Shown here: positions 1 through 9,073 of the stretch, one piece after another
Layout: every line of letters starts with the position of its first letter
Numbering within the stretch: the first letter of the stretch is position 1
Assembly (NCBI GenBank): GCA_046331425.1
Contig: JAXLQU010000013.1
Coordinates: 24,458 to 88,457, forward strand
Length of the DNA: 64,000 bases
Source of the DNA: Acidobacteriota bacterium
Lineage (GTDB): Bacteria > Acidobacteriota > Polarisedimenticolia > J045
Direction of reading: 5' to 3'
Program-made: the position numbers and the translations under genes
Notes under the pieces: model-generated
What the model was told of the DNA's origin: nothing
The model's input: only the letters and a program-made list of their open reading frames with translations
Databases searched by the model: none

Positions 1-1
1 C

Positions 2-535
2 TCGATCAAGGGCGCCGGCAGCAAGCAGTCGTTGTGCGCGCCGCTGGAGTTGACGATCGACTCGGCAACAACCTGCCACGTCGACATGCTCGCCGTCGAT
101 GCGCAGGGCGGTTACTACTACCCGGGCACTCCGGTGATCGCATCGATTCCTTGCAGCTTCACGGCGCTGGATGCAAACAAGGTTCAAGTCAATCTCGATG
201 ACGCCGGGCTGACCGATGCACTCGGCGCACTCACCGCGAAGCTGCGCGCCGGTGCCGGCACAACGGTTGACTCACTCACCGTGACCAACGACACCACGTT
301 GGTCTGGCCGCGTGCCGACATGCTGCGCTCGCCGTTCTGGATGCGTGCGTCGGCAACGCTTGCGACCACGACGCCCAAAGGGCCGAAGCAAAAGCTCGCG
401 ACGTTCGTGTTGGGGAAGAAGGTCAAGAAACTCCCCGCAGAAGGGACGCCGTTCGACTGGTCGACACCGAAGTACTTGACCTGCCCGGCCGGCAGCGGCT
501 ACTCCGATGACGGTGGTTACGGCACGGGTTACTAG
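2..535 (+). CDS. Hypothetical protein, 5'-partial. The reading frame is open to the window start; the track places a TTG start at 32.
   Basis: ORF 32..535 and an open frame upstream of it; Gly/Tyr-rich C-terminus; no recognisable domain. Confidence 0.35.
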   Translation, partial: SIKGAGSKQSLCAPLELTIDSATTCHVDMLAVDAQGGYYYPGTPVIASIPCSFTALDANKVQVNLDDAGLTDALGALTAKLRAGAGTTVDSLTVTNDTTLVWPRADMLRSPFWMRASATLATTTPKGPKQKLATFVLGKKVKKLPAEGTPFDWSTPKYLTCPAGSGYSDDGGYGTGY

Positions 536-560
536 CAGGCACGACCTTTCGTCCCTTGTT

Positions 561-1595
561 TCAGCGCGGTTTCGGGCCGAACAAGTAGTGCCCCACGCGC
601 CACTGCTGTCCGTGGTCGTAGGCGAACGACTCCTCGCACCCGATGAAGAACAGCCGCCAACGTTGTACCGCGCGCTTGGCGTCGCCGGCGTTTGACGCGG
701 CTGCGAATAGGTTCGACACCTCGCGGCGTTGTTGATCCAGACGGTTTAGCCACGCACGCAGCGTCTTGGCGTAATGCTGCCCGTCTACGATCCAGCGCGC
801 CTGCAGCGTCAAGTCGTTTTGATAGTTCAAGTACAGATCATCGCTGGGCATCATCCCGCCCGAGAAAAACTCGGACGACATCCAGGCGCCATCGTCGGCA
901 TCGAAGGTGTAGAAGTAGTCGCGGTTGGTAAACACGTGCACGAACAGCCGCCCTTCAGGGGTGAGCCAGCGAGCGATGCGCGCGAACAGGGCCTCGGTGT
1001 TGCGCGTGTGCTCGAGCATTTCGATCGACACGACACGGTCGTACGTCTCGTGCGTGTCGAACTCTGCAGCGTTGGCGGTGATGACCTGCACGTTTGCGAG
1101 TTGTCGCTCGCGAGCCCGCGCCTGAATGTACTCGCGCTGGCCGTGGGAATTGGACAGCGCGGTGATCCGGGCGTTGGGATAGCGCGCCGCAGCCCACAGC
1201 GTAATCGAGCCCCACCCGCAGCCCAGATCGAAGATTCTCATCCCGTCTTCGATCTGCGCGCGCCGTGCGGTAAGGTCCAGCATCGCTTCTTCGGCGGCGC
1301 CGAGTGTGGTCACGCCGTTGGGCCAGTAACAGCACGAGTACTTTTTCATCGGGCCGAGCACCAAATGGAAGAACTCTGCCGGCACCTCGTAGTGCTGGCG
1401 ATTGGCGGCGTCGGTGTCGATTGCGATCGGGCCGCTGCGAAGCTGCGCGAGCAACGCCGCTGCCCGTTGCTGCTGCTGTTCGACGGTCCCCTGGCGCAGG
1501 TCGTTGAGCGTCTGGGCCAGCAAACGGCGAATTCCGATGCGAATCAGCGCATCGGGAATGTACCCGGCCTCTGCCCAGTCGGTGGCAAGACTCAT
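561..1595 (-). CDS. cfa: Cyclopropane-fatty-acyl-phospholipid synthase family SAM-dependent methyltransferase (mycolic acid cyclopropane synthase, CMAS, fold)
   Basis: 344 aa. SAM-binding motif IFDLGCGWGS, YDRVVSIEMLEH and FFSGGMMPS, all typical of Cfa/CMAS. Sits at the end of a conserved five-gene cluster. Confidence 0.88.
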   Translation of the reverse strand: MSLATDWAEAGYIPDALIRIGIRRLLAQTLNDLRQGTVEQQQQRAAALLAQLRSGPIAIDTDAANRQHYEVPAEFFHLVLGPMKKYSCCYWPNGVTTLGAAEEAMLDLTARRAQIEDGMRIFDLGCGWGSITLWAAARYPNARITALSNSHGQREYIQARARERQLANVQVITANAAEFDTHETYDRVVSIEMLEHTRNTEALFARIARWLTPEGRLFVHVFTNRDYFYTFDADDGAWMSSEFFSGGMMPSDDLYLNYQNDLTLQARWIVDGQHYAKTLRAWLNRLDQQRREVSNLFAAASNAGDAKRAVQRWRLFFIGCEESFAYDHGQQWRVGHYLFGPKPR

Positions 1596-1643
1596 CGGTG
1601 CGATTCTCGTTGAGGCGTCATCGTGACAACGCCGTGAGGAGGG

Positions 1644-2423
1644 TCACAACTTCGCCGCGCGCGGAAACCACGGCACGAAGATGCTGGTTGTTTGCTGGTA
1701 GCGGCGATAGGCGTCGCCGCGGCTTTCCAACATGTGCTGTTCGGTAACCGGAATGCCGGTGACCTTCCAAAGGAAGTACAGCATCAGCGCAGGGCCAAGC
1801 AGCGTGAGCCATCCCAACGGCGCGGTGATTCCAATCGCGACATAGGTAAACCAGTGCAGCCATTCGAAGAAGTAGTTGGGATGGCGCGAATAGCGCCACA
1901 GGCCGGTGTTGCAGACTTTGCCCTTGTTGGCGGGGTTGGTGCGAAACGCGTTGAGCTGCGCGTCGGCGATCGCTTCACCGAGAACGGCGGTCAGCCACAG
2001 CACGACGCCCACAGCGTCGAAGATATCCAGCGGCTCGATGCGGCGCATCGCGATGAGCATCGGCAGCGCAAACAGCACCACGGTTACAGCCTGAAACTGA
2101 TAGAAGAAAAAGAAGAAGGTCTGCGCGTTGTCTTTGTGCTGCTCGCGCAGCGTCTCGTACCGTTTGTCCTCGGGCATGGTGAGGACACGCTTCAAGATGT
2201 ACGAGCCCAGCCGAAACGACCAAATCGCGCCCAGCGTTGCTACCAGCGCACGACGCGGCTCGTAGCCGCTGCTCAGGACTCCAAAGGCGAGTGCCGTGAG
2301 CCCAATGCCGTACGGCCACGCGATGTCGACGATCGACGCGTTACCGGTAAGGCGTTGAACCAGCCACAACAGTCCGAATACGGTGATGGCGGCGAGCAGG
2401 CCGCCCAAGATCAATGTAAGCAC
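1644..2423 (-). CDS. DUF1295 family membrane protein (steroid 5-alpha-reductase / ICMT-like fold)
   Basis: 259 aa polytopic protein with RHPNYFFEWLHW and GLWRYSRHPNY motifs. These genes commonly neighbour cfa. Confidence 0.8.
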   Translation of the reverse strand: MLTLILGGLLAAITVFGLLWLVQRLTGNASIVDIAWPYGIGLTALAFGVLSSGYEPRRALVATLGAIWSFRLGSYILKRVLTMPEDKRYETLREQHKDNAQTFFFFFYQFQAVTVVLFALPMLIAMRRIEPLDIFDAVGVVLWLTAVLGEAIADAQLNAFRTNPANKGKVCNTGLWRYSRHPNYFFEWLHWFTYVAIGITAPLGWLTLLGPALMLYFLWKVTGIPVTEQHMLESRGDAYRRYQQTTSIFVPWFPRAAKL

Positions 2424-2424
2424 G

Positions 2425-2952
2425 CTAGCCTCGCGGCACTTCTTCCGTCGTGTGTGCGCCCCATCGAACCAACAGCGGCATGGCGATGGCCCAGATGAGC
2501 GCGACGAGTATCAAGCTAAGTATCGGCGACCGGCCCAACGATATCGCGCCGAGCCCAGCACCCGCAAAGTAGGAAAACGGCGCGGCGATGGCGCCGAGCG
2601 TTGCGGCGAGCACGGGCCTGCCTTTCAAGAACGAGAAACCGAACGGCACCGCGGTGGCGAACATCCCCCACAGGACCGACCACCACGGCGGCATCCAGAC
2701 ACCCGCCAACAGCGGTGTGTTGAGAGAGAGCATTCCTGCCTGGACCAACGCCAGGTCGGCAAACGGGCCGAGCAGCGCGGCAAGCACGCCGAATCGCAGC
2801 GTCGATGTGAAGCGGCCGGAAAGGATGGCGTTGATCAACAGGACAGGAACACCAGCCAGTGCGGCGGCGGTGCTCTGGCCACGAGCCGCGAGCATTGCTA
2901 CGGCGAACCAACCAAGCTGCGCCATGATGATCGACAAGACGCGGCGGATCAT
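2425..2952 (-). CDS. DUF2878 family membrane protein
   Basis: 175 aa, hydrophobic throughout. Its stop abuts the DUF1295 start (2423/2425). Standard member of cfa-associated clusters. Confidence 0.65.
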   Translation of the reverse strand: MIRRVLSIIMAQLGWFAVAMLAARGQSTAAALAGVPVLLINAILSGRFTSTLRFGVLAALLGPFADLALVQAGMLSLNTPLLAGVWMPPWWSVLWGMFATAVPFGFSFLKGRPVLAATLGAIAAPFSYFAGAGLGAISLGRSPILSLILVALIWAIAMPLLVRWGAHTTEEVPRG

Positions 2953-3074
2953 CGCGGCACTGTTTCGTCGTGCGGCCTCGTCATTGCGGCACCGTGCCGT
3001 CGTGCGCTCTGGTCATTGCAGCACCGTGCCGTCGCGCGAGCTTGTCAATGCGGCGTCTTTCGGCGTGGCTCGCA

Positions 3075-3832
3075 TCAGGAATTGCCGCGGCCAGGATGCG
3101 GAACGATCGGCACCCGCTTGATCCAGAGCTTGAGCGCTTGCCAGTGAATCGCGCCAACCACTTTGGCGGTCATCAACGGGAAACTAGCGAGGCATCCCGC
3201 CAGCGACGCGCCGGTTATCTCCCGTCGCGTGAGGGTCACCGACGATTCGAACAGAGGACCTTCGGCTTGATCACTGTCGATCTGAACCGTGAGACGCTCG
3301 CCCGGCTTGGAGACACGGAAACGATAGTTGGCCTGCAGGCTCATGAACGGCGAGACATGGAATTGCTTCTTTTGATCGAAGCGCATGAGGCCATCGGCTG
3401 GCTGCTGATGGCGAGCATCGAGTAAGTACAGATGCCGTTCGTGCCAGGGCGTGTTGTGCACCTCGGCGATGACCGCTTGCAGCTCCGTGGCGTCGGCATC
3501 GTAGAGATAGAAAAACTCACCGGGTTGAAGACATGTCCGAAGTGACGGAGGTTGGTGAGCAGGTGGACTGGGCCGGTTGGCCGGAAGCCGGCGTTCTTCT
3601 CGCAGAAATCGCGCGCGGCAACGTCGAGCGGCGTGGTGGCCTCGCCGAAATGGTCGCTGCGCTTGAAGCGAACGGGCGCGGGGCGATGTGTCGACCACAA
3701 CCATCGGCGCTTGAAGACAACGTCGAGTTCGCAAAGGTCGAGCATCGTCATGTAGACGCTGTAGGAAAACTTGTGCTCGACCGGCCGCAGTCGGCGATGG
3801 CGTACGCGGCCGACGTAGAGCGCGCTGTTCAC
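3075..3832 (-). CDS. DUF1365 family protein with a 1-nt frameshift near 3511-3520. The N-terminal part lies in the frame of ORF 3341..4495 and the C-terminal part in the frame of ORF 3075..3734.
   Basis: N-terminal segment NSALYVGRVRHRRLRPVEHKFSY...HFGHVFNPVSF and C-terminal segment FFYLYDADATELQAVIAEVHNTPWHERHLYLL...FHVSPFM lie in different frames. Adding one A to the A5 run at 3511-3515 restores NPVSFFYLYD. A GTG start at 3832 overlaps the stop of the upstream gene (GTGA). Confidence 0.7.
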
Positions 3833-5148
3833 GGAATGGACTCGGTGATGGCAGTCAGGTCGAGGCCGAAGTAGCGCGTGGCAGCCAAGGCGCTGTCGAC
3901 GCCGTCCTCGTGAAAGCCGTATTTCCAATAGGCGCCGCAGTAGTGGACACGATCGGCGCCGCTGATTTCGGCGTGACGCGCTTGCGCGGCGATTGTTTGC
4001 GGCGTGTACACCGGGTGATGGTAGCGCAGTCGTTTGAGGATCTTGCGTGGGTCGATGCGCTCTTCGCAGTTGAGCGAAACCAACAGCGGCGTCGGGCACG
4101 GGATTGCCTGCAGCAGGTTCATCCAATAGGTCACGGCCACGCGCTCCTGCGCGGCAGCCGGGACGAGGTAGTTCCAACTGGCCCAGGCGCGGCGCGAGCG
4201 CGGCATGAGCGAGGCGTCGGTGTGCAGCGTGACATCGTTGAGCTGGTACGGGATGGCGCCGAGCACCTCGCGCTCCGCTTGGGTTGGGGCACTCAACAGG
4301 GCGAGTGCTTGGTCGCTGTGTGTGGCCAGCACCACGTGATCGAACCGCTCTTCGTCGCCGTTGGCGAACGTAAGTTGCACGTGATCGGAATGGCGGGTGA
4401 CGCGCTGCACCTTGGCTGTGAGACGGATTCGCGCTTGAAACGGTGCGATCAGCGCCTGGACGTAGCGGCGCGAACCGCCCGTTATGAAGCGCCACTGCGG
4501 CGCATTACGTACGTCCAGCACGCCGTGGTGATTGAAAAAGCGCACGAAGTGTCGCGCGGGGAAGTGATTCATCATCTCGGGCGCGGCCGACCAGATCGCT
4601 GCGCCGATCGGCCGTGCGTACTGCTCGATGAACTGCGGTGAGTAGCGGCGGGCGCGGAGATAGTCGGCAAGTCCGGTCGATTCGTCGATTGCCGCGCTGT
4701 CGCTGCCAGGGTTAAGCAGTTCGTGATATTCGCGGCCGAATCGCAGGATGTCGCGCAGCAATCGCCAGAATCGCGGACGCAAGGCGTTGCTTGGTTGTGC
4801 GAATACGCCGCGCAGCGTTTCCCCACCATATTCCAGCCCGACGATCCCGCGGGTGTTGGCGCTGCGCGCGCGGTCATCGCGCACGCTGAAGCTCATCGAT
4901 GTCGCCTGCGACGCCACGCCGAGTGCTCGTAGGAGCGCGATGAAGTTCGGGTACGCGCGCTGATTGAAAACGATGAACCCCGTATCGACGACGTACTGCT
5001 GCCCCTCGACCTCGACGTCCTGCGTGTGCGTGTGCCCGCCCACGTAATCATTCGCCTCGAAAACGGCCAGATCGTGCCGCGCCGCCAACACCCGCGCCGC
5101 CACCAACCCCGAGATCCCCGTCCCCACCACCGCCACCCTCATCCACAC
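3829..5148 (-). CDS. NAD(P)/FAD-dependent oxidoreductase (amine oxidase-like flavoprotein of the cfa cluster)
   Basis: 439 aa. N-terminal Rossmann motif VAVVGTGISGLVAA. Conserved first gene of amine-oxidase/DUF1365/cfa clusters. Confidence 0.85.
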   Translation of the reverse strand: MWMRVAVVGTGISGLVAARVLAARHDLAVFEANDYVGGHTHTQDVEVEGQQYVVDTGFIVFNQRAYPNFIALLRALGVASQATSMSFSVRDDRARSANTRGIVGLEYGGETLRGVFAQPSNALRPRFWRLLRDILRFGREYHELLNPGSDSAAIDESTGLADYLRARRYSPQFIEQYARPIGAAIWSAAPEMMNHFPARHFVRFFNHHGVLDVRNAPQWRFITGGSRRYVQALIAPFQARIRLTAKVQRVTRHSDHVQLTFANGDEERFDHVVLATHSDQALALLSAPTQAEREVLGAIPYQLNDVTLHTDASLMPRSRRAWASWNYLVPAAAQERVAVTYWMNLLQAIPCPTPLLVSLNCEERIDPRKILKRLRYHHPVYTPQTIAAQARHAEISGADRVHYCGAYWKYGFHEDGVDSALAATRYFGLDLTAITESIP

Positions 5149-5166
5149 CTCACCACTTCACGCCGC

Positions 5167-5345
5167 AATCCGGGGACGGTCTACCTAAAGCGCTGTTAGC
5201 CGCGTGCACCTCGTCATAATTCGGGGACGGTCTACCTAAAGCGCTGTTAGCCGCGTGCACCTTGTCACAACGACCGTCGCTCACTCGCGTCGTGAGGTAG
5301 CGGGCTTGTCGGCTTACTCCGCTTTAGGTAAACCGTCCCCGAATT
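5167..5345. repeat. MITE-like element, copy 1, carrying an extra tandem left-end half copy
   Basis: A 51-bp direct tandem: 5167-5216 (aatccggggacggtctacctaaagcgctgttagccgcgtgcacctcgtca) and 5218-5267. TIR-L 5218-5243 (aattcggggacggtctacctaaagcg) is the reverse complement of TIR-R 5320-5345 (cgctttaggtaaaccgtccccgaatt). Confidence 0.7.
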
Positions 5346-5476
5346 GGCGGGGAGGTTACTTCAGTTCGCGGTGGAACTCTCGCTCGATGTCGGTGCGGAT
5401 GATGCGCACTGGATCGCGGCCGAGCTCGCTTCTCGCTCGTATCGCCCAGACGGTTCGACCGGACTAGAATGCCGGC

Positions 5477-6682
5477 ATGACTCAGACGCAGAAGTTTATC
5501 GAGCAAGAAGAACGGTACGGGGCGCACAACTATCACCCGCTGGATGTGGTGCTCACCAAAGGACAAGGGGCGTGGGTGTGGGACGTCGAGGGGCGCAAAT
5601 ACCTCGACTGCCTGGCTGCTTATAGTGCGGTGAATCAAGGCCACAACCATCCGCGGCTGGTCAAGGCGCTCAAAGATCAACTCGACAAGTTGGCGCTTAC
5701 GTCGCGCGCGTTTCGCAACGATCAACTCGGCGCGTTCTGCGAGGAGCTGTCGAAGGTCTGCGGGTTGCCGCGCGTGCTGCCGATGAATAGCGGCGCCGAA
5801 GCGGTGGAGACCGCGATCAAGGCGGTGCGCAAGTGGGGCTACACACTGAAGAAGGTCAAAGACGGCAAGGCCGATGTCATCGTGGCCGATGACAACTTCC
5901 ACGGCCGCACCATCACCATCGTCGGCTTCAGCAGCGAGGCGCAGTATCGCTCGGGGTTCGGGCCGTTCGCGCCCGGCTTCACCAGCGTGCTCTTCGGCGA
6001 TGCCAACGCGGTAGAGCGCGCGATCACACCCAACACGGTCGCCGTGTTGATCGAGCCGGTGCAGGGCGAAGCGGGAATCATCATTCCGCCGGCCGGTTAC
6101 CTGAAACAGTTGCGCGAGATCTGCACACGACATCGCGTGCTGTTGATCCTTGATGAAATTCAGTCGGGGTTGGGTCGCACGGGAAAGATGTTTGCGCACC
6201 ATCACCATGGAATTGCGCCCGACGGACTGATCGTCGGCAAGGCGCTGTCGGGTGGTTTGTATCCGGTCTCGGCCTTCGTGGCCACCGACGAAATCATGGA
6301 TGTGTTCAAGCCCGGCGATCACGGCTCGACCTACGGCGGCAACCCGCTGGCCGCGGCGGTCGCGCGCGAAGCGTTGCGCGTGTTGGTCGACGAGGGCTTG
6401 GTGGAAAACAGCGCCGCGATGGGACAACGCCTGCGCGACGGCATCATGAGCCTGCCTCGCACCAAGCTCGACAAGATCAAGCAGCTTCGGCAGATCGGCT
6501 TGTGGATTGGCCTGGAGTTGAAGCACGAGTTGGGCGGTGCGCGCCCTTACTGCGTGTCGCTGATGCAGCGCGGCATGCTGTGCAAGGACACTCACAAGCA
6601 CACCATTCGCTTGGCCCCGCCATTGGTGGTAACCGCTTCGGAGGTCGATTGGGCGGTCGAGCAGTTGGCCGCTGTGCTGTAG
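5477..6682 (+). CDS. rocD: Ornithine--oxo-acid aminotransferase (class III PLP-dependent aminotransferase)
   Basis: 401 aa. OAT-type sequence throughout: N-terminal EERYGAHNYHPL, DEIQSGLGRTG, PLP-lysine context LIVGKALSGG. Confidence 0.85.
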   Translation: MTQTQKFIEQEERYGAHNYHPLDVVLTKGQGAWVWDVEGRKYLDCLAAYSAVNQGHNHPRLVKALKDQLDKLALTSRAFRNDQLGAFCEELSKVCGLPRVLPMNSGAEAVETAIKAVRKWGYTLKKVKDGKADVIVADDNFHGRTITIVGFSSEAQYRSGFGPFAPGFTSVLFGDANAVERAITPNTVAVLIEPVQGEAGIIIPPAGYLKQLREICTRHRVLLILDEIQSGLGRTGKMFAHHHHGIAPDGLIVGKALSGGLYPVSAFVATDEIMDVFKPGDHGSTYGGNPLAAAVAREALRVLVDEGLVENSAAMGQRLRDGIMSLPRTKLDKIKQLRQIGLWIGLELKHELGGARPYCVSLMQRGMLCKDTHKHTIRLAPPLVVTASEVDWAVEQLAAVL

Positions 6683-6748
6683 CGATTTTCTGCACGCCGG
6701 CCGCAGCGAGGCTTTGGCGCATGCGGCTAGCAACGTAGAATTCGGCGC

Positions 6749-7678
6749 ATGAACACACGTGTCGTGCTTCAGGCTCGATGCAGCTCGTCGCGGCTGCCAG
6801 GCAAGGTGTTGCTGCCTGTCGCAGGGATGCCGTCGGTGGTGTTGTCGGCCAAACGCGCGGCGACGTCGGGGTTGGATGTGTTGATGGCCACCTCCACCGA
6901 TCCTAGCGACGATCACTTGGTGGATGTCGTGAAGAGCGCCGGCTTTCCTGTGATGCGTGGCCCGCTCGACGACGTCTTGCTGCGGTACGTCATGGCCACC
7001 GAAGATCTGGACGACGACGACATTGTGGTGCGATTGACTGCCGACAACGTGGTGCCCGACGGTCCGTATATCGACACGCTGATTGCAGCGTTGCACAAGC
7101 GCGAGGAGCCGTACCTCGGGCCGAGCCATCCTGCCGACGGAATGCCGCATGGTCTGTCGGTGGAAGTATTCACCGCGCGCGCATTGCGTGAGGCTGATCG
7201 ACTGACGCCGCGTCCTGAAGATCGCGAGCACGTCACGCCGTTCTTGCGCCGACGCTACGCCAAAGCGGTGTTTCGCCCCGAGTGGGCGGGCGATTTGTCA
7301 TCGGCGCACTTGGGATGCACGGTCGACACGCGTGCCGACTACGAGCGTGTCGCGCGCTTGATGGAAGGCGTGCGCAACCCACTGACCGCTTCGGCGAAGG
7401 AACTCTGCGTGCGCCTCGCCGTGCAGGAAGAGTTGGTGTTGTGTACCGCGTTCGTTGAATCGCTCAGCGATGCCGCGGCCGAGGCCGCACTGCAATCCGC
7501 GATCGACGAAGGTGTCGTGCAGTTCGTCGTGCACCCCGACCACACGCGCACGCAACAACTGCTCGCGCGCCTGCTCGCCCAGCGCTACGAAGGCCACTCC
7601 TTCATCCGCGTCACCGACGCCACCGACGTCCCCCCCGAAGCGCTAATCCGGGGACGGTTTACCTATTACTTCCGATAG
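6749..7678 (+). CDS. Cytidylyltransferase (CTP_transf_3; SpsF/PseF-like CMP-nonulosonate synthetase candidate). Its C-terminus runs into the MITE TIR.
   Basis: N-terminal VLQARCSSSRLPGKVLLPVAGMP, typical of SpsF/FlmC/PseF-like acylneuraminate cytidylyltransferases. The last ~12 codons (EALIRGRFTYYFR) are encoded by the inverted repeat at 7645-7668. Confidence 0.65.
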   Translation: MNTRVVLQARCSSSRLPGKVLLPVAGMPSVVLSAKRAATSGLDVLMATSTDPSDDHLVDVVKSAGFPVMRGPLDDVLLRYVMATEDLDDDDIVVRLTADNVVPDGPYIDTLIAALHKREEPYLGPSHPADGMPHGLSVEVFTARALREADRLTPRPEDREHVTPFLRRRYAKAVFRPEWAGDLSSAHLGCTVDTRADYERVARLMEGVRNPLTASAKELCVRLAVQEELVLCTAFVESLSDAAAEAALQSAIDEGVVQFVVHPDHTRTQQLLARLLAQRYEGHSFIRVTDATDVPPEALIRGRFTYYFR

Positions 7679-7841
7679 CGCGCGCGCCTGTCACAGCGCG
7701 TAGCTCCATGGCCGGGTGAAGCGTGGTTCGGCCCCGCAGCGAGGCCGGCCGGCGCATCGCCTCGCGCGCCTCCCGCCACCCTCCCTCCCCCGTCCGGCTT
7801 ACCAACGCGCAGCCCTGCTTTAGGTAGACCGTCCCCGAATT
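7645..7841. repeat. MITE-like element, copy 2 (197 bp) with ~24-bp terminal inverted repeats
   Basis: 7645-7668 aatccggggacggtttacctatta. 7818-7841 ctttaggtagaccgtccccgaatt is its reverse complement. Same TIR family as 5218-5345; the internal sequence is only partly related. Confidence 0.7.
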
Positions 7842-7882
7842 GGGCGGATGGCTTTGGACTAGGGCGGAACTTAGGTTGGAGG

Positions 7883-9073
7883 GTGCGGAGGACTGTGAGC
7901 GTGGCGCGGAAGACGCTGGGGTATGGGCGGCAACTCGTTGATGAGGAAGACGTTGCGGCGGTGGTCGAGGTGCTGCGCGGCGACTCGCTGACCTGCGGGC
8001 CGGCGATCGAGGCGTTCGAGCGGGCCCTGGCGGACACCTGCGGAGCCCGGCACGTGGTCGCGGTCAGCAACGGGACCTCGGCGCTACGCCTTATATATCG
8101 TGTCGCCGGGGTGGGGCCCGGCACCCGGGTCGGCGTCCCGGCCATCACCTTCGCCGCCACCGCCACGCAGGCGCTCGCACTCGGCGCCGAGGTGGTGCTG
8201 CTGGACGTCGATCCCACCACGCTGCTCCTCACCCCCGAAATCCTCGACGCCTGCCGCGAGCCTCTCGACTTCGTCGTGCCGGTGCACATGGCGGGACGTC
8301 TGTGCGACATGCAGGCGCTGGCCGACATCGCGCAACGCCGCGGTATCACGTTGCTCGAAGACGCCGCGCACGCACTCGGCTCGACACTCATCGATGGCAC
8401 ACGCTGCGGCGATCTAGCTTTCAGTCGCGGCGCAACGTTCAGCTTTCATCCGGTGAAGAACATCACCACTGCTGAAGGCGGCGCCGTGGCCGTCAACGAC
8501 GATGCGTGGGCCGCGCGGCTGAAGAGCCTGCGCCACCACGGTGTCGCACGCGACTCATTCCACGGCACGCTCGCCGCGCACGATGGCGGCGCCCCTTGGT
8601 ATCACGAGTTTCACGACATCTCCGGCAATGATCGCCTCTCCGACCTGCACGCCGCACTCGGCCTCTCGCAGCTTCGAAAGCTCGCGCGATTCAAAGCCGA
8701 ACGCGCCAACATTCATCAGCGCTATTGCGATGCGTTCTCCGCGCTCGATGGCGTAACGCTGCCGCCCGCCGCTCCGGGTCAACTCCCCTGCTGGCATCTG
8801 TTCCAACTACAACTCGACTGGAAGCAACTACAAATCACGCGCCGCGAGTTCTTCGCGCGCGCCGCCGCCGATGGGCTGCAGCTTCAAGTGCACTACATCC
8901 CGCTGCATCACCAACCGGTGCTGGCCTCATGCGCGCGCGCAAGCTCACTAGCCGGCGCCGACCACGCCTACCAACGATTGGTCACGCTCCCCTGCTTCCC
9001 CGGCTTTACCAGCTCACAACACTCGCACGTCATCGACTTCATCCTCTCGCTGTGCGAAAGGGTCACGGCATGA
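7883..9073 (+). CDS. pseC: UDP-4-amino-4,6-dideoxy-N-acetyl-beta-L-altrosamine transaminase (DegT/DnrJ/EryC1 family)
   Basis: 396 aa. N-terminal LGYGRQLVDEEDVAAVVEVLRGDSLTCGPAIEAFE, typical of PseC/DegT. PLP-lysine context SFHPVKNITTAEGG. An alternative GTG start at 7895 follows GGAGGA. Confidence 0.85.
   Translation: MRRTVSVARKTLGYGRQLVDEEDVAAVVEVLRGDSLTCGPAIEAFERALADTCGARHVVAVSNGTSALRLIYRVAGVGPGTRVGVPAITFAATATQALALGAEVVLLDVDPTTLLLTPEILDACREPLDFVVPVHMAGRLCDMQALADIAQRRGITLLEDAAHALGSTLIDGTRCGDLAFSRGATFSFHPVKNITTAEGGAVAVNDDAWAARLKSLRHHGVARDSFHGTLAAHDGGAPWYHEFHDISGNDRLSDLHAALGLSQLRKLARFKAERANIHQRYCDAFSALDGVTLPPAAPGQLPCWHLFQLQLDWKQLQITRREFFARAAADGLQLQVHYIPLHHQPVLASCARASSLAGADHAYQRLVTLPCFPGFTSSQHSHVIDFILSLCERVTA

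Noticed and set aside
5477-6682. Ornithine aminotransferase as a dedicated enzyme of the pseudaminic acid pathway
   Set aside because: OAT-type class III aminotransferases are not known pse enzymes, and PseC already provides the transamination. It may be a passenger brought in with the MITE-bracketed segment. Left as ordinary rocD.
5324-7231. 635-aa minus-strand ORF antisense to rocD and the cytidylyltransferase
   Set aside because: It overlaps two well-supported plus-strand genes. It is Arg/His/Ala-rich low-complexity with no motifs. It is the typical spurious antisense ORF of high-GC DNA. The same applies to 774..1613(+), 1692..2498(+), 3341..4495(-) outside the DUF1365 segment, 8968..10350(-), 16650..17381(-), 18269..19051(-), 40244..40966(-), 43169..43819(-), 46643..47464(+), 48442..49235(+), 50221..50925(+), 51876..52652(-), 57538..58374(-) and 58590..59798(+).
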